Assembly: GCA_965153285.1 (NCBI GenBank)
Contig: OZ229110.1
From: Podarcis tiliguerta
Lineage: Eukaryota
Length of the DNA: 64,000 bases
Direction: 5' to 3' (one strand)
The position numbers and the translations under genes were made by a program. The notes under the pieces are model-generated. The model worked only from the letters and a program-made list of their open reading frames with translations. It was not told where the DNA came from and ran no database searches. Of this stretch, positions 52,451-64,000 are shown piece by piece; positions within the stretch are counted from its first letter, which is position 1, and the number at the start of each line of letters is the position of its first letter.

Positions 52451-53066
52451 CAATAGGTGTAAATAGGTCAAATAAAGTTAATATGTTGAATTCACATTTA
52501 AAAAATTGCTCTAACAGAAAAGTTGTGTTTGTGTTGGAAAAAATAAGAAATTAAGATATCTGAACTTGTTTTTGTAACATAGTGCGTATTAGTATGTATA
52601 GGATCACAGTCTTATATAAGATTTTGAAAAGGACTAGGGCTGGGAAATATCAGCTTTTCAACACGATGTATAACAGCTTTTCAACATGATGTATCACCAG
52701 CCAAAGACCACAATATAGTGATACATTGTGATGTTGAAAAGCGGAGGGAGGAACAAGCTGCATCGGGTCCAGGCCCATGAGGCGCTGGATTGAAACCACC
52801 TCAGCTCCCTCAACGAAATGAGTTCCATTGGCCATGTGCCTCACCATCGCATTAGCAGTGTCAGCACTAGCAGCAGCTTCTCTACCTCCTCCCTCCTTGT
52901 GTCACCTTTTTCAATAAGGGCTGCCAGGGTCCTTCTTCAGAGGCAGACATTCTGAGTGGGGTGGCCAGGATAATGCCTGTGTATCAAGCTTCTTCCCCAT
53001 CCTTACTCTGTCCTTGAGAGGAGTCACTGATTGGTACCATACTAAACCTGCTCTGAAAGAACTGTA

Positions 53067-53308
53067 CAGTGGTACCTCGGTTTAAGAATAGCCCTGTTTA
53101 CGAATTAGACGGTTTAAGAACTCCGCAAAAGCAGAAGTAGTGTTCTGGTTAGTGAACTTTACCTCGACCTAAGAACAGAAGCTGAACAGTGGAAGGGCAC
53201 CAGCAGCAGGAGGCCTCAATTAGGGAAAGTGTGCCTTGGTCTAAGAACTGTTTTGGTTTAAGAATGGACTTCCGGAACAGATTAAGTTCATAAACCAAGG
53301 TACCACTG
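53067..53308. mobile_element. Tigger-like MITE
   Basis: CAGTGGTACCTCGGTTTA...TAAACCAAGGTACCACTG, TA TSD. Confidence 0.85.
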
Positions 53309-55411
53309 TACTGGCTTCCAGTGTGCTTCCAGTCTGAATTCAAGGTGTTGCAAATAACCTATAAAGCTCTTAAATTACTTGGATCCTAATACTTTTCTTG
53401 TAGAGTCTTGCTCATGATTTAAGAGGAAGGTCCTTTTTAGTTCTCTGAAATTTAGGAATTTCAAATCAACCATCCATCAACCACAAAAAAACCCAAGCAA
53501 ATTGAAATTGAAGATCGTGCTCCTGTTACAAGGATGGATATCCCAAAGACTTAATTTGTTCCAGTGTTCAGGAACCTGGGACTTAATTCCAGAATTGTTT
53601 CAACTCTAGGGATGAGTAGCTGGAATAGAATCTAAGCCTGTGCCACAGTCTGTTTCATTATATTTAAGATTCCAGGCATGGCTTCAGCCGCAGCACCTCT
53701 CTACTTAGAAACTCAGCATTGTGTGGGTGCTTCTAGACGGGGGCCTGAAAACACAAATGGGTCATTCTGCTCTGATTTTTCTGTGTGCACATTTGGCACA
53801 TTAGCTTCTCCCCATTCCTCTTTTTTGTCCAGTCATGGATAGTTGTTGATCTACTACTGCTTGCTGTAAACACCAGTGGGCAGAACTTGATGAAAAGTAT
53901 CTGCATTATGTTCTTTTGTCCTTTCCCTCGGCCATTCTTCCTTCACTCTCTCTATTTCCATTCTGGGCAGGCATGCACATATACAAGTCCATTTTTATTT
54001 TTTAAAAACTGAATTCTTGTGCATTAGGAATATTTCTTGTATAAGACTTGCACAAGAGTATTAAAAAGGTCTTGCACAAGTTTCCTAATTATTATTATTA
54101 TAATTTTTTTTAAAAAACTTGATCTACGTACTGTAATTACCACCTTCAAGGTAATCTCTTGCATGTACTGTGGGGAAATCTTGAGAGTGCAATTCTTCCA
54201 AACTGGGTTGCTAAGATTCTGATATGCCTTCAGCATGCAGGAATTGGTGGAAATAAATATGCTCATATTTCTTGAGCTGCCAGGAGGGGGAAACGGCCAT
54301 CTTCTGCTCAGGTGAGGAGCAAATGCAGGTAGGGGTTTAGCAATAGAGACCACCCACCAAAACATTACTAAATACATGACAAACTGCCCACCATAGAATC
54401 ATAGAATTCTAGAGTTGGAAGGGACCCTGAGGCTCATCTAGCCCAACTCCCTGCAATGCAGGAATCTCAACAAAAGCATCCATGGCCAAAAACCAGCTTC
54501 CTCACCAGCAGTGATTGTGGAAGTGCCATTGATTATTTTTACTTATTGCATATTTATATGTTAAAAAAAAAATACAAGCTGATGTTTTGATGATGATGTC
54601 ATCATGTGCATGCCATGAAAAACATGCTTGCATGAGCAGCACAGATTCAACAATGAACTTCAGCCTTGAACCACCCTCTGCTCCAAAGCCATGGGTTGTG
54701 TCCAACGTTAGGCATACTCACAGTAGTCCAACTAAAATTATTGGACATTACTTACTGAATTTTAATGGGTCTGCTGAGCTCTGAGTAGAATATAGTCAGA
54801 TGCAGTCCTGCGTTTCTTAAACGGTAGCGCCCCACTTTATTATTGCTTGCCTGCAATTTTCAATTAGAAGCACAAGAGGGCAGTGCGGTTCTAACCTGAG
54901 AAAATATATTTTCCACTATGACTGGAAGGACTCTTTCTCAGAAAAGTCTCAGAATACAGCCTTCGTTGCTCCAACTCAAAAGTAAGTCCCACCGAACCAA
55001 TGGTACATATTTAGGATTAGGGCATCAGTCTTAGTTACATTGAGTGAAACTGACAAACCTTTTCTAAAGAGAAAAAAATATTGCATATAAGGCATCTTGA
55101 AATTACTGACTTTACATTGTCTTTTCAGCTCAGTAATGTTCTGCTGATCTTTTGTCTGATCTTCCCAATGCATCCCTGCTGCTTTTTACAAAAACAAAAA
55201 TTTAAAACGTCTCTTAGAACGGCAGAAAAGCACAATTTCACTCACAGGAAAATTTATATTTTTGCCCCCCCCTTTTTTTTTACTTAAATGAACTTTCTGA
55301 GTAGCTGTGCAGAATTCCTGCCTCCTAATGGAACCCTTTTCATACAGCAAGTAATGAAAAAGTAGTCTGAGTTTGACTTCAAAGTTATGTGAACATATTA
55401 AGAAGTAACAG

Positions 55412-55496
55412 TGCAATTCTATGCACGTTTACTTGGAAGAGAGTCTTCAGTGGAGCTTATGTGCATCCCAGGTAAGTGTGAATAGGACTGCAGCTT
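55412..55496. repeat. Representative of an old ~90-bp palindromic interspersed repeat
   Basis: TGCAAT.CT..GCA.GTTTACT...AAGT...AGTAAG...AGGATTGCAG pattern. Similar copies near 1320, 51020, 58567, 60640, 60977 and 63750. Confidence 0.6.
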
Positions 55497-55539
55497 AAGT
55501 AGCATTGAAGCCAGTGGGGCTAATTGCAATAACTTCTCA

Positions 55540-56125
55540 AAAGATTCCACCAACAGTGTCTCCGTAAAAATCTTACACATCACTTGGGAAGACAGGCAAA
55601 CTAATATCAGTGTACTGGATGAAGCAAAGATCATCAGTGTTGAAGCAATGATTCTTCAACATCAACTTCCTTGGATTGGTCATGTTGTGTGGTTGCCTGA
55701 TTATTGTCTTCCAAAGCAACTACTCTATTCCAAACTTAAAAATGGAAAGCGTAATGCTGGTGGTCAACAAAAGAGGTTTAAAGACTTTGTCAAGGCAAAT
55801 CTAAAAAAATGTAGTATAAACAGTGACAACTGGGAAACACTGGCCTGTGAGCACTCCAGTTGGAGAACAGCCTTTACCAAAGGTGTCATGGACTTTGAAG
55901 ACACTTGAACTCAGAACGCAAGGCAGAAACGTGCTAAGAGGAAGGCAGGCTTGGTAAATCCACACCATGATCAACTCCTACCCGGGAACCAATGTCCCCA
56001 CTGTGGAAAGACGTGTGGGTCCAGAATTGGCCTCCACAGTCACGGACTTGTTGTTAAAACCATGTTTATGGAAGACAATCTTACTCGGCTAGGAGTGATA
56101 ACCAAAGAAAGAAGAAAGAAGAAAG
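55540..56125 (+). mobile_element. RTE-clade LINE 3' fragment
   Basis: LPWIGHVVWLPDYCLPKQLLYSKL...GGQQKRFKD and a terminal CPHCGKTCGSRIGLHSH zinc finger. (AAG/AAAG)n tail. Confidence 0.88.
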
Positions 56126-56206
56126 AATTGCAATAAACATACCTAGGTTCAGGCAATGTGGCTAATTGTACTTATTAGCCACATAGTCTGATCCCAGTCG
56201 TGTTTA

Positions 56207-56561
56207 CAGTGGTGCCTCGCAAGACGAAAAGAATCCGTTCCGTGAGTCTCTTCGTCTAGCGTTTTTTTCGTCTTGCGAAGCAAGCCCATTAGCAGATTAG
56301 CGGATTAGCGCTATTAGCGGTTTAGTGGCTATTAAAGGCTTAAGGGATTAGCGGATTAGCTGCTAAAAGGCTATTAGCAGCTTAGTGCCTTAGAAAAAGG
56401 GGGTGAGGAGCGAAAAAAACAACCCAGGAATCGCAAGACATTTTCGTCTTGCGAAGCAAGCCCATAGCAAATTCGTTTTGTGAAGCACCTCCAAAATGGA
56501 AAACCCTTTCGTCTAGCAGGTTTTCCGTCTTGCGAGGCATTCGTCTTGCGGGGCACCACTG
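56207..56561. mobile_element. Tigger-like MITE, family B (inverted relative to 47375-47721)
   Basis: Near reverse complement of 47375-47721, TA TSD. Confidence 0.9.
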
Positions 56562-56812
56562 TATTTGCAAACAAGCGTGTTTTTCACAGAAGCCGATGGA
56601 AGAAAATCAGTCCTCTTTTGTAGCTGAGCAGCCCTGTTCTAATGTGTATGGCAGGCCTAAGCAGACTGTTGACAGATGACTCAAACTCTCTAAACTCATG
56701 AAGGAAAATGTGTCAAGGAATTGACTTCACATTGTTGACACTGTTAAGCCAGTGAGCCTGCCACCCAGACATATTCCCATCCACATCAGAAAATCGAAGA
56801 AAAATTAGAATA

Positions 56813-57053
56813 CAGTGGTACCTTCGTTTAAGAACAGCTTAGTTTATGAACAACTTGGATTAAGAACGCTGCAAACCCAGAAGTAGCTGTTTTGGTTTGT
56901 GAACTTTGCCTTGGAAGCAGAACATGTTCTGCTTCCTGTTGAGTGCAAATTGAGTCCCCCACTGCTATGGTAAAGCATGCCTTGGTTTAAGAATGCTTCG
57001 GTTTAAGAATGGACTTTGGGAATGGATTAAGTTCGTAAACCAAGGTACCACTG
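56813..57053. mobile_element. Tigger-like MITE
   Basis: CAGTGGTACCTT...AAGGTACCACTG, TA TSD. Related to 53067-53308 and 6136-6599. Confidence 0.85.
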
Positions 57054-57456
57054 TATCAAGAAGAGCTTGGTATTGTTGAGCAAGTAGAAGGTCTTACCCT
57101 TGGTTCTCCCCAACAGTAATGGTCCAAAGGCTATGCAGCCAGGCAAAATCCAGATTTGTGTTGACATGCACCTCCTTAATTGAGCCAGAGAGAGAGAGAT
57201 TACTTCTACTGCAGATGACATCATTGCAGATTTCAGTGGGGCCTTATCCAGCCTTGGCCATACAGCTGGCTATCATCAGCTGGAGCTCCTTCCAGAATTC
57301 AAATATAGAACAACTTTTCCAACTCATGTTAATTTTCATCACAAGTGCCTCTAAACTAAACAATGATCTCCTTATATTCAAAGTCAGTTATCAATGCAAA
57401 TGGCAAAAGATTAAAAAAGAAAGAAAGAAAGCTGCTTCAACTCCTTATATACTTTG

Positions 57457-57460
<4 letters not shown>

Positions 57461-57508
<48 letters not shown>
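57461..57508. repeat. (TAT)16 microsatellite
   Basis: Perfect trinucleotide run. Confidence 0.95.
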
Positions 57509-57509
<1 letters not shown>

Positions 57510-57991
57510 TTCATTTAAAATGCATTCTGTTAACAATTCCAAGATGACTTACAATAATGTTGCAAGTAAAAATATTAAAATCAAATTGTAAAGTGGTAAT
57601 GACAAGTATGTTTTGCATACTTGTGTGTGTGTTTACATGTGGACTATATATAGGTTGACTCCAGATCTGTCCTGTAAGCGGAACATATCTTCCATGAGCA
57701 GAAAGACTCTTGCTGAATTACTGCAGGTTCCTTGTTCGAGGGAAGAAAATGAAAATCCAGTGGTGGTCTTCTGTTAGTACAAGCCCTTGCACAATCTCTC
57801 ACAAAACATTTTGTGATGCACACTTGCACTCTTTCAACAGATCTTCTATAACAGTTCACAGAATAGCACTTCCACCAGAATTTATTCCACTGGTATTTCT
57901 CTGAGTCCCACCAATACATATACATTTCTCTTTTTTTAAGAATAAAAAGTGGGTTTATACTTAATATTGGGTTGGATGAAGGCTAAGATAG

Positions 57992-58410
57992 TGTAATGGT
58001 TCTAGGGGATGCTCGTGCGTAAATCGGCGCCACACCTGGGTGGGTTGCCTGAGTGAACCCTTTCTGTCTGGACAGCCACTCGCCCGTGGCTGTCTCAATC
58101 GCTGGCAGAATCCGTCAGTGGGCGTTTCTTGAACTTCCTCCAGCAAAGAAGTTATTTGACGGCTAGTCGCCGCCTACTCTCCCTGCGCGGAAGCCTTCTG
58201 GGCATCGGAGGACCCGTGCTCTCCCCACTGGTCCCCGGCGAGGAGTCTTGGAGCCACCTCGCCGATTCCCCCATCTGCCCCCCTTCTCCACTGGTGCTAC
58301 GCTGATTTCCTTCCCCAGAAGATGTGCTGCTTCTCTCCCTCCCGGGACGCTCTCCGGAATCCCTCTGGAGCCCTCCCTCTCCCTCTGGCTCCGATGGCAG
58401 TTCCCTGACA
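57992..58410. mobile_element. Solo LTR, 419 bp, CpG-rich
   Basis: TGTAA...TGACA termini, perfect 5-bp TSD GATAG at 57987-57991 and 58411-58415. Confidence 0.82.
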
Positions 58411-58731
58411 GATAGTTGCGCTAAATTTTCAGTGAAATCAATGGGATCTAAATATAACTAACTTGTCCCATTTGTATCCAACACATTTTCTCCACGTTGC
58501 CCTGGTCTAATTTGTGAATCACGGAGGAAACAAACCTTCATTCGCTTCCCAGAGTGTTACCCTTACAGCACAATCTTATAGATGTTTACTCAGAAGTCTG
58601 TGTTCAAAGTAAGTATGTTTAGCATTGCCACCTTAATTTAGATATTTGGGGTGCACACAGCTCAGGATTGCTTCTTTGCTTCCAGTATTTACCTTTCATC
58701 TAATATTTATTGCTGTCCTTGGGAATAGTTA

Positions 58732-58973
58732 CAGTGAGGGAGAAAAGTATTTGATCCCCTGCTAAATTTGCCCGTTTGCCCTCTGATGAAGAAATGACCA
58801 GTCCATAATTTTAATGGTAGGTTTATTGTAGCTGTGAGAGACAGAATAACAACAGAAATTGACACATTTGAAAGCTTTTAATGTTTGATGTGTTACAGTA
58901 TTTTAATATTTTTTTGGAGGCCGCCCAAAGTGGCTGGGGAAGCCCAGCCAGATGGGCGGGGTATAAATAATAA

Positions 58974-59021
<48 letters not shown>

Positions 59022-59320
59022 AGGACAACCCCCAGAAACCCAGAAGACAAAAGTCAGAGATTGATATGCATTATAATGAGTGAAAGAAGTATTTGATCCC
59101 TTTGCAAAAGATGACTTAGTACTTGGTGGCAAAACCCTTGTTGGCAATTACAGAGGTCAGACGTTTCTTGTAGGTGGCTACCAGGTTTGCACACATCTCA
59201 GGAGGTATTTTGTCCCACTCCTCTTTGCAGAGCCTCTCCACGTCAGTAAGATTTCGAGGCTGATGTGTAGCTACTCGAACCTTCAGCTCCCTCCACAGAT
59301 TCTCGATGGGATCAGGGTTT
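58732..59320 (-). mobile_element. Tc1-family DNA transposon remnant (one IR/DR-type TIR + transposase C-terminus)
   Basis: TA|CAGTGAGGG end. AAGTATTTGATCCC repeated near 58746 and 59087. Peptide [16 protein letters not shown]...[10 protein letters not shown]...[15 protein letters not shown] is a Tc1 DD34E C-terminus. Interrupted by an L2-type 3' end. Confidence 0.9.
58860..59018 (+). mobile_element. Short L2-type 3' end with (ATT)n tail, inserted in the Tc1 TIR
   Basis: GCCGCCCAAAGTGGCTGGGGAAGCCCAGCCAGATGGGCGGG matches the reverse complement of 51790-51835. (ATT) run at 58974-59018. Confidence 0.8.
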
Positions 59321-62300
59321 GCCTTCCCATTTTTCATGCACTGCCTCTGACCACAAGTTGTGCTCTCTCTCTTTCCCTCTCACAGTTTGCTCAAAATGCC
59401 AGTTGCTGCGAGACCAAAATGAAATACACACAGCCCACCTCAGGCTCTCCAGCCCTGAAAGAACTCAGCAGTGGAATAAAAGAAAGCATCGCCCATGTCA
59501 ATTCCATTCCCACACGTAATCATTAAGGGTTTGTTTAAGAAAAATTTCATTGCCCGTACAATCTCTCACAGTGACAAGCAGCTGCACATGATATCGTTTA
59601 AAAAACACTTGCATAATATTTCTATCCCCAGAGTTTTACCTTTAAGCTTTTGACTGACAGGCATCAAGGAGATCCATCCTTCTCTCTAAATCTCGGGCTG
59701 GTGGTATTCCCCGCCCCCGCCACCTTTTACGTTCAGCAGCTGAACCAAACTCCACAAAAGCAACCCCAAAGAATGGCTAAAAGGTTGGGATAGATTGACT
59801 GTTTCCAAATTGGAATACTAATGATGATCTTTAATGAAGCCTGACAGTACAATCTGTTTCTTATTGTTCCCTAAGTGCTGGCTACTGATCATATTCGCTG
59901 GCTTGAGGTGATGGGGAGAGGTAGGGATAAATGGCGCCCGCTGGCAAGCAGCACTGTGCACAGCTGATCTTTCAGCAAGGATTAAATTAATTAAAATGAT
60001 TCCTGCATCTGAAGAATCAATCTTTTTATTTGTTATCATCATACTGTTTATTAATATTGAATGGTGGCTAATTGGTGCCACTGCTGTTTGGGGTCATCTG
60101 GCTTGATAATCTTCTTAGAAGGTAGTCACAAATGCCCAATTTGAGTAGCTTAGGATTTAGAGAAGGGAATTGGGAGAAGAGATTTTCCAGCTTGTTTATG
60201 GGGAGAGGTGGGGAGAAATGAGAGACGGTTTACAACTCCTGCACGTGGCATAAATTGTTATTTAACTGTTCATTCTGAGGAGCAACAGTATTTCCATTTG
60301 GACATTTTTTATTTATTTCCTTTCATTTCAAACCCATCTTCCTCCAGATACAACCAAAGGTGCACTAGAGACCATGGGATATTGATAAACTGTAAAGTAT
60401 TACATGGATATATATTTGCTTACTTAACATAGTAATTTGGCTTTGACAAGGCAGTGTATATAAAGGTTGAATAATTATTCATTACTGAAAAAATATTAGA
60501 AACCCTCCTATTCGTGTTTTTATGGTGACTGGCAGAGATAGGATTCTGTAAAAAACAAACACACACCCTGATTTATTCATTCTGGCAAATTAAAGAGGCT
60601 CCTGAATTAGTGGATTTTTTGGAGTCATTTTTAGGTAAGGCTGCAATCATAAGCACACTTACTGCAGAGCAAATTTCATTTAACTCATTGGGATTTCCTT
60701 CTGAGTGATGATGCTGAGGATTAGGCTGAATAGTTATACTTTTCTTTATAAGGATGTGTCACTTTGAAAGAGATTTTTGGATTCCCCCCCCCCCCAATAG
60801 AGCAAGTGTAATTCTATATTCTCACTCCTGTCCCTGACTGAGAGATGGTTGGTTATAGTTGTTAAACCCATCAAAATGACTGTAAAACATTAAAAAGCAA
60901 ACCTAAACATATTTTATTTCAAAATTTGGGGGAAAAGAAGGTACATTCTGGAAGCAGCAAACTGAGTAATGTTTACAGCACAATCCTAAACATGTTTACA
61001 CAGAAGTACATCCCCCTAAATTAAACACAACTTACTTCCATGTAAGTGAGCAAAAGATTGCAGCCTTAGTGTTTCGTTTATTCATCAGTTTAATATGTGA
61101 CCAGGAGTAAGGAATGGTTGTCATGCAGTTGACAGGAAGATCAATAAATCAAAAATTTGACAGGTCTTTCCTAATTATGCTGTGTGCTGCTCATGTGAAA
61201 GATAGGACATAACACTGATCCCAAATATATGTTACTTATGTATGAACAACCCTATCCCAATGTTCACTAGTGAGAAACATTTGCGTGTTGGTTTGTATAT
61301 CCCAACCTCAAGTGTACTTTTTAAAACTCCATTTTCTATGTTCTAGCTTTGTTTTGATTCTTCAGAAATAAGTACTTTAGTGGATCTCTTGGTGCCATAG
61401 AAGTTGTTTTCTAGGAAGCAAAATATAATAGCAAAAAGAAGAAGGATGAAAAGCTTAAATTATTTGTTAAGATCAGATCAATTTATCTCTGTTTAGTCAG
61501 TCCTCGAATCCTGTTTGCCTTTTAAAAGCTTCCTATTATCTTCTGTTCAGAGGCTTCACTGACTGCTTAGGTTAGAATTCCAAAACTTTTCATATGCTTA
61601 CGTTACGTTAAAAGCATTCCTGACTGGCACTCTGTGGCTCCAGTCCAAAGACCCCATTTAGGCTCACACAAGTGAATGCGTGCACACACTGGCTTTCTCA
61701 CCTTTGTTCCTTGGAAAGTAGCTACTCATGCTGCACTAGAGGATGTTTTTGAGGCCTAGTCAGGGCTGGCTCCAGGTCTGAGAGAGCCCTTGACAAAGTG
61801 CCCTTGGTTCTGCCTCTCTTCCCTAATGGCAGGAGTAGGCAGCTATGAGGCCACATTCTTAATTTTCCACAGTACCTTGGAGGAGTGCTGCAGAGATTCC
61901 ACTTGGGCTGCCCTTTATGTTTCTTCTCCAGTTCTCTGCCCCATCACACACATACACCACCTACCGCTGCCAGGAAAACAAAGCAGCGCTCTTTGCAAAT
62001 GGGCTAGAGAAGTGGGGCTAAGCAGTTCCTGAGGGCTAATCGTGTTGTATGAATTTATTTAGAAAGTGAGTTTTGCTTCCAGGTTTGGCTGCACACACTG
62101 ATGTAGAAGTAAGACCTTCTCACTGGGGCACAGAGATTTACATCCAAAGAAACCTAGTTGTAAATGTGTGGTTGCAGTCTTGGTTCTCCTTTGGGGTTTA
62201 AAGAGGTGAAGGAAGTGACATGTTCCAGAAAGGAATAAGCAGGTTTCCCCACTTTTTGCTGTTACTCTTGCTCAGAATGTATGGAGTGGAGGTGAACAGC

Positions 62301-62448
62301 TTCGCTTTCTGTGTCTTAGTCTTGCTTTCGTGCTTGCTTGTCCTCCCTTTCTCACGATTGTGTGGTGCATTGCATTTAGGTTAGTAAACCGAGAGGGCAT
62401 TTTTGGCTATGGGTGTGTGTGTGGAGCTGGTGGTGCATTCCCCTAAAC

Positions 62449-63150
62449 CAGGAGTCAGCAAACCTTTTCAGCAGGGGGTCAGTCCACTGTCCCTCAGACC
62501 TTGTGGGGGGCCGGACTATATTTTGAAAGAAAAAAAAGAAAGAATTCTTAGGCTCCACAAATAACCCAGAGATACATTTTAAATAAAAGAACACATTCTA
62601 CTCATGTAAAAACTGTTAGGAGCTCAGCCTACAATTGAGTAGGACCCTGGCAGAGACACATGCGTGACTGGCATGTTCTTTCCCCCCTGGTCGATCATTT
62701 GGGAGCTTCAAAAGCTTTCTTCAGCCCGAACATCACAGCGACCGATGTCAACAGACACCGGCACACTTAGGGATCCGCAGAGTCTTCGCAACTTGCATGA
62801 CAGACCTCAGCAACTCAGCATTTTGGCTAATCTACTTTATTTACATATAAACACACATGGAGCACTGCAACATGGTTCCCTCTCTCTCTAGCATCAGACA
62901 GCAAAGAGAAAAAGAACAAAGGACAATAGTCCCACTTCACGGAACACAGTAACACAAACATCCTGTCTCCGTCACTTCCCACTCTGTGGAGTCAAAACAT
63001 ACACCGTCATGTGAAAGACAACAATCCCATGACTGCAATCATGGAGCAGGAATTTAATAAAAACACACTGATTTCCAGACCATCCGCGGGCTGGATTTAG
63101 AAGGTTATTGGGCCGGATCCGGCCCCCAGGCCTTAGTTTGCCTACCCATG
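62449..63150. mobile_element. hAT (Charlie-like) MITE split by an LTR
   Basis: TIRs CAGGAGTCAGCAAAC / GTTTGCCTACCCATG. 8-bp TSD CCCTAAAC / TCCTAAAC. GGCCGGATCCGGCCC subterminal motif. Confidence 0.8.
62614..63059 (-). mobile_element. Solo LTR nested in the hAT MITE
   Basis: TGTTA...TAATA termini (one mutated), 5-bp TSD AAAAC at 62609-62613 and 63060-63064. AATAAA on the minus strand. Confidence 0.72.
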
Positions 63151-64000
63151 TCCTAAACGACAAATAAATAAGCCAAGTAAGTGCATGTATAGTAGGACGC
63201 CACCGACTTTTCCTCCTATGCGCTTGGGTGCATGTGACAAGCCCCTGTTTTTTTGAAGGAGTGAGGCATGGTAGTGGAGTGCATTCTATAGTTTGCCTCA
63301 GGTGGCATACTAAAGAATAAATTGCACAATAAGCTTACAAAAAGGCTAATTAGTGTAGTCAGGTTACCATTTGCAGGTATGCAAGAAACATAAAGACTAA
63401 TAGGGTAAAGTTAAGTACTCCAGCTGGGGTGCCCAATTCCAATTCATGGTAACTGGTAGGAAGCCCATTTCCTTGATCTGGTATCTATAGCCAAGCTTTA
63501 ATAGCCAAGCATAGGGCTATTAGGCAACACCCTACTGCCTACATCCCTTTAGTTGTTCAGACTCTAGGGCAGCAATGGTCCCTCAAAGCCAGGGTGCAGC
63601 ATCCCTGTCGGCTCTGGGTCTTGCTTCTCAGTTCCTCATTTTATTAATGGAAGGTGCCTTCCACCCCTTATTTTATTAAAGCCCAGAAAATATTAAGCAG
63701 AACTGAAAACTTCCTTTAAAACTTTGTTTACAGGGAATCCTACTCCTTAAGACTGCAACTGTATATGAACTTACCTGGGAGCAAGTTTCATTGAACCTAA
63801 TGGAATTCATTTCTGAGTTGGCATGTCTAGGATTGCACTGCTGTGGTGTTTTTTGTTTGTTTGTTTTTTAGGAAGAAGTTCCCAAACTACTGGTGCCTTT
63901 CAGTTGTTACAGTGACAAGAGACTGTAGAATGCTCTTCTACAAATTCCTCCCATCCCCTACCCTTTCTAAATACTTTCCCTGTTGGCAAACATACTGACT

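Noticed and set aside
57119-59147. ORFs with poly-Tyr, poly-Ile and poly-Asn tracts (also poly-Gln at 51515-51790)
   Set aside because: Translations of (TAT)n, (ATT)n and (CAG)n microsatellites or retroelement tails.

Overview
This is vertebrate genomic DNA. The repeat content (Sauria-type SINE, tRNA-derived squamate SINEs, abundant TA-flanked Tigger/Tc2-like MITEs) points to a squamate, probably a lacertid lizard. The only host gene I can support is PRMT3 (protein arginine N-methyltransferase 3) on the minus strand. Coding exons 1-13 run from the ATG at 43049 down to 3986, all with GT-AG junctions and compatible phases, giving 1320 nt / 440 codons. They encode the acidic N-terminus, the C2H2 zinc finger and the Rossmann SAM-binding domain ([26 protein letters not shown]). 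The last exons lie beyond the left edge. A CpG-island promoter surrounds exons 1-2. The rest is introns and about 21 kb of upstream DNA filled with L1, L2, CR1 and RTE fragments, SINEs, solo LTRs with target-site duplications, a Tc1 remnant and many MITEs, plus several repeat-free, motif-dense blocks that look like conserved non-coding enhancers. The most unusual observations are: (i) DNA-transposon derivatives with shared terminal arms but different GC-rich cargo, one resembling a captured first exon (ATGGCG...CAG|GTGAGT) and others built from arrays of long palindromes; (ii) no recognisable HTATIP2 upstream of PRMT3, where mammals have it. Repeat family names come from recognition, not from a database search. 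Most ORFs in the supplied track are spurious.
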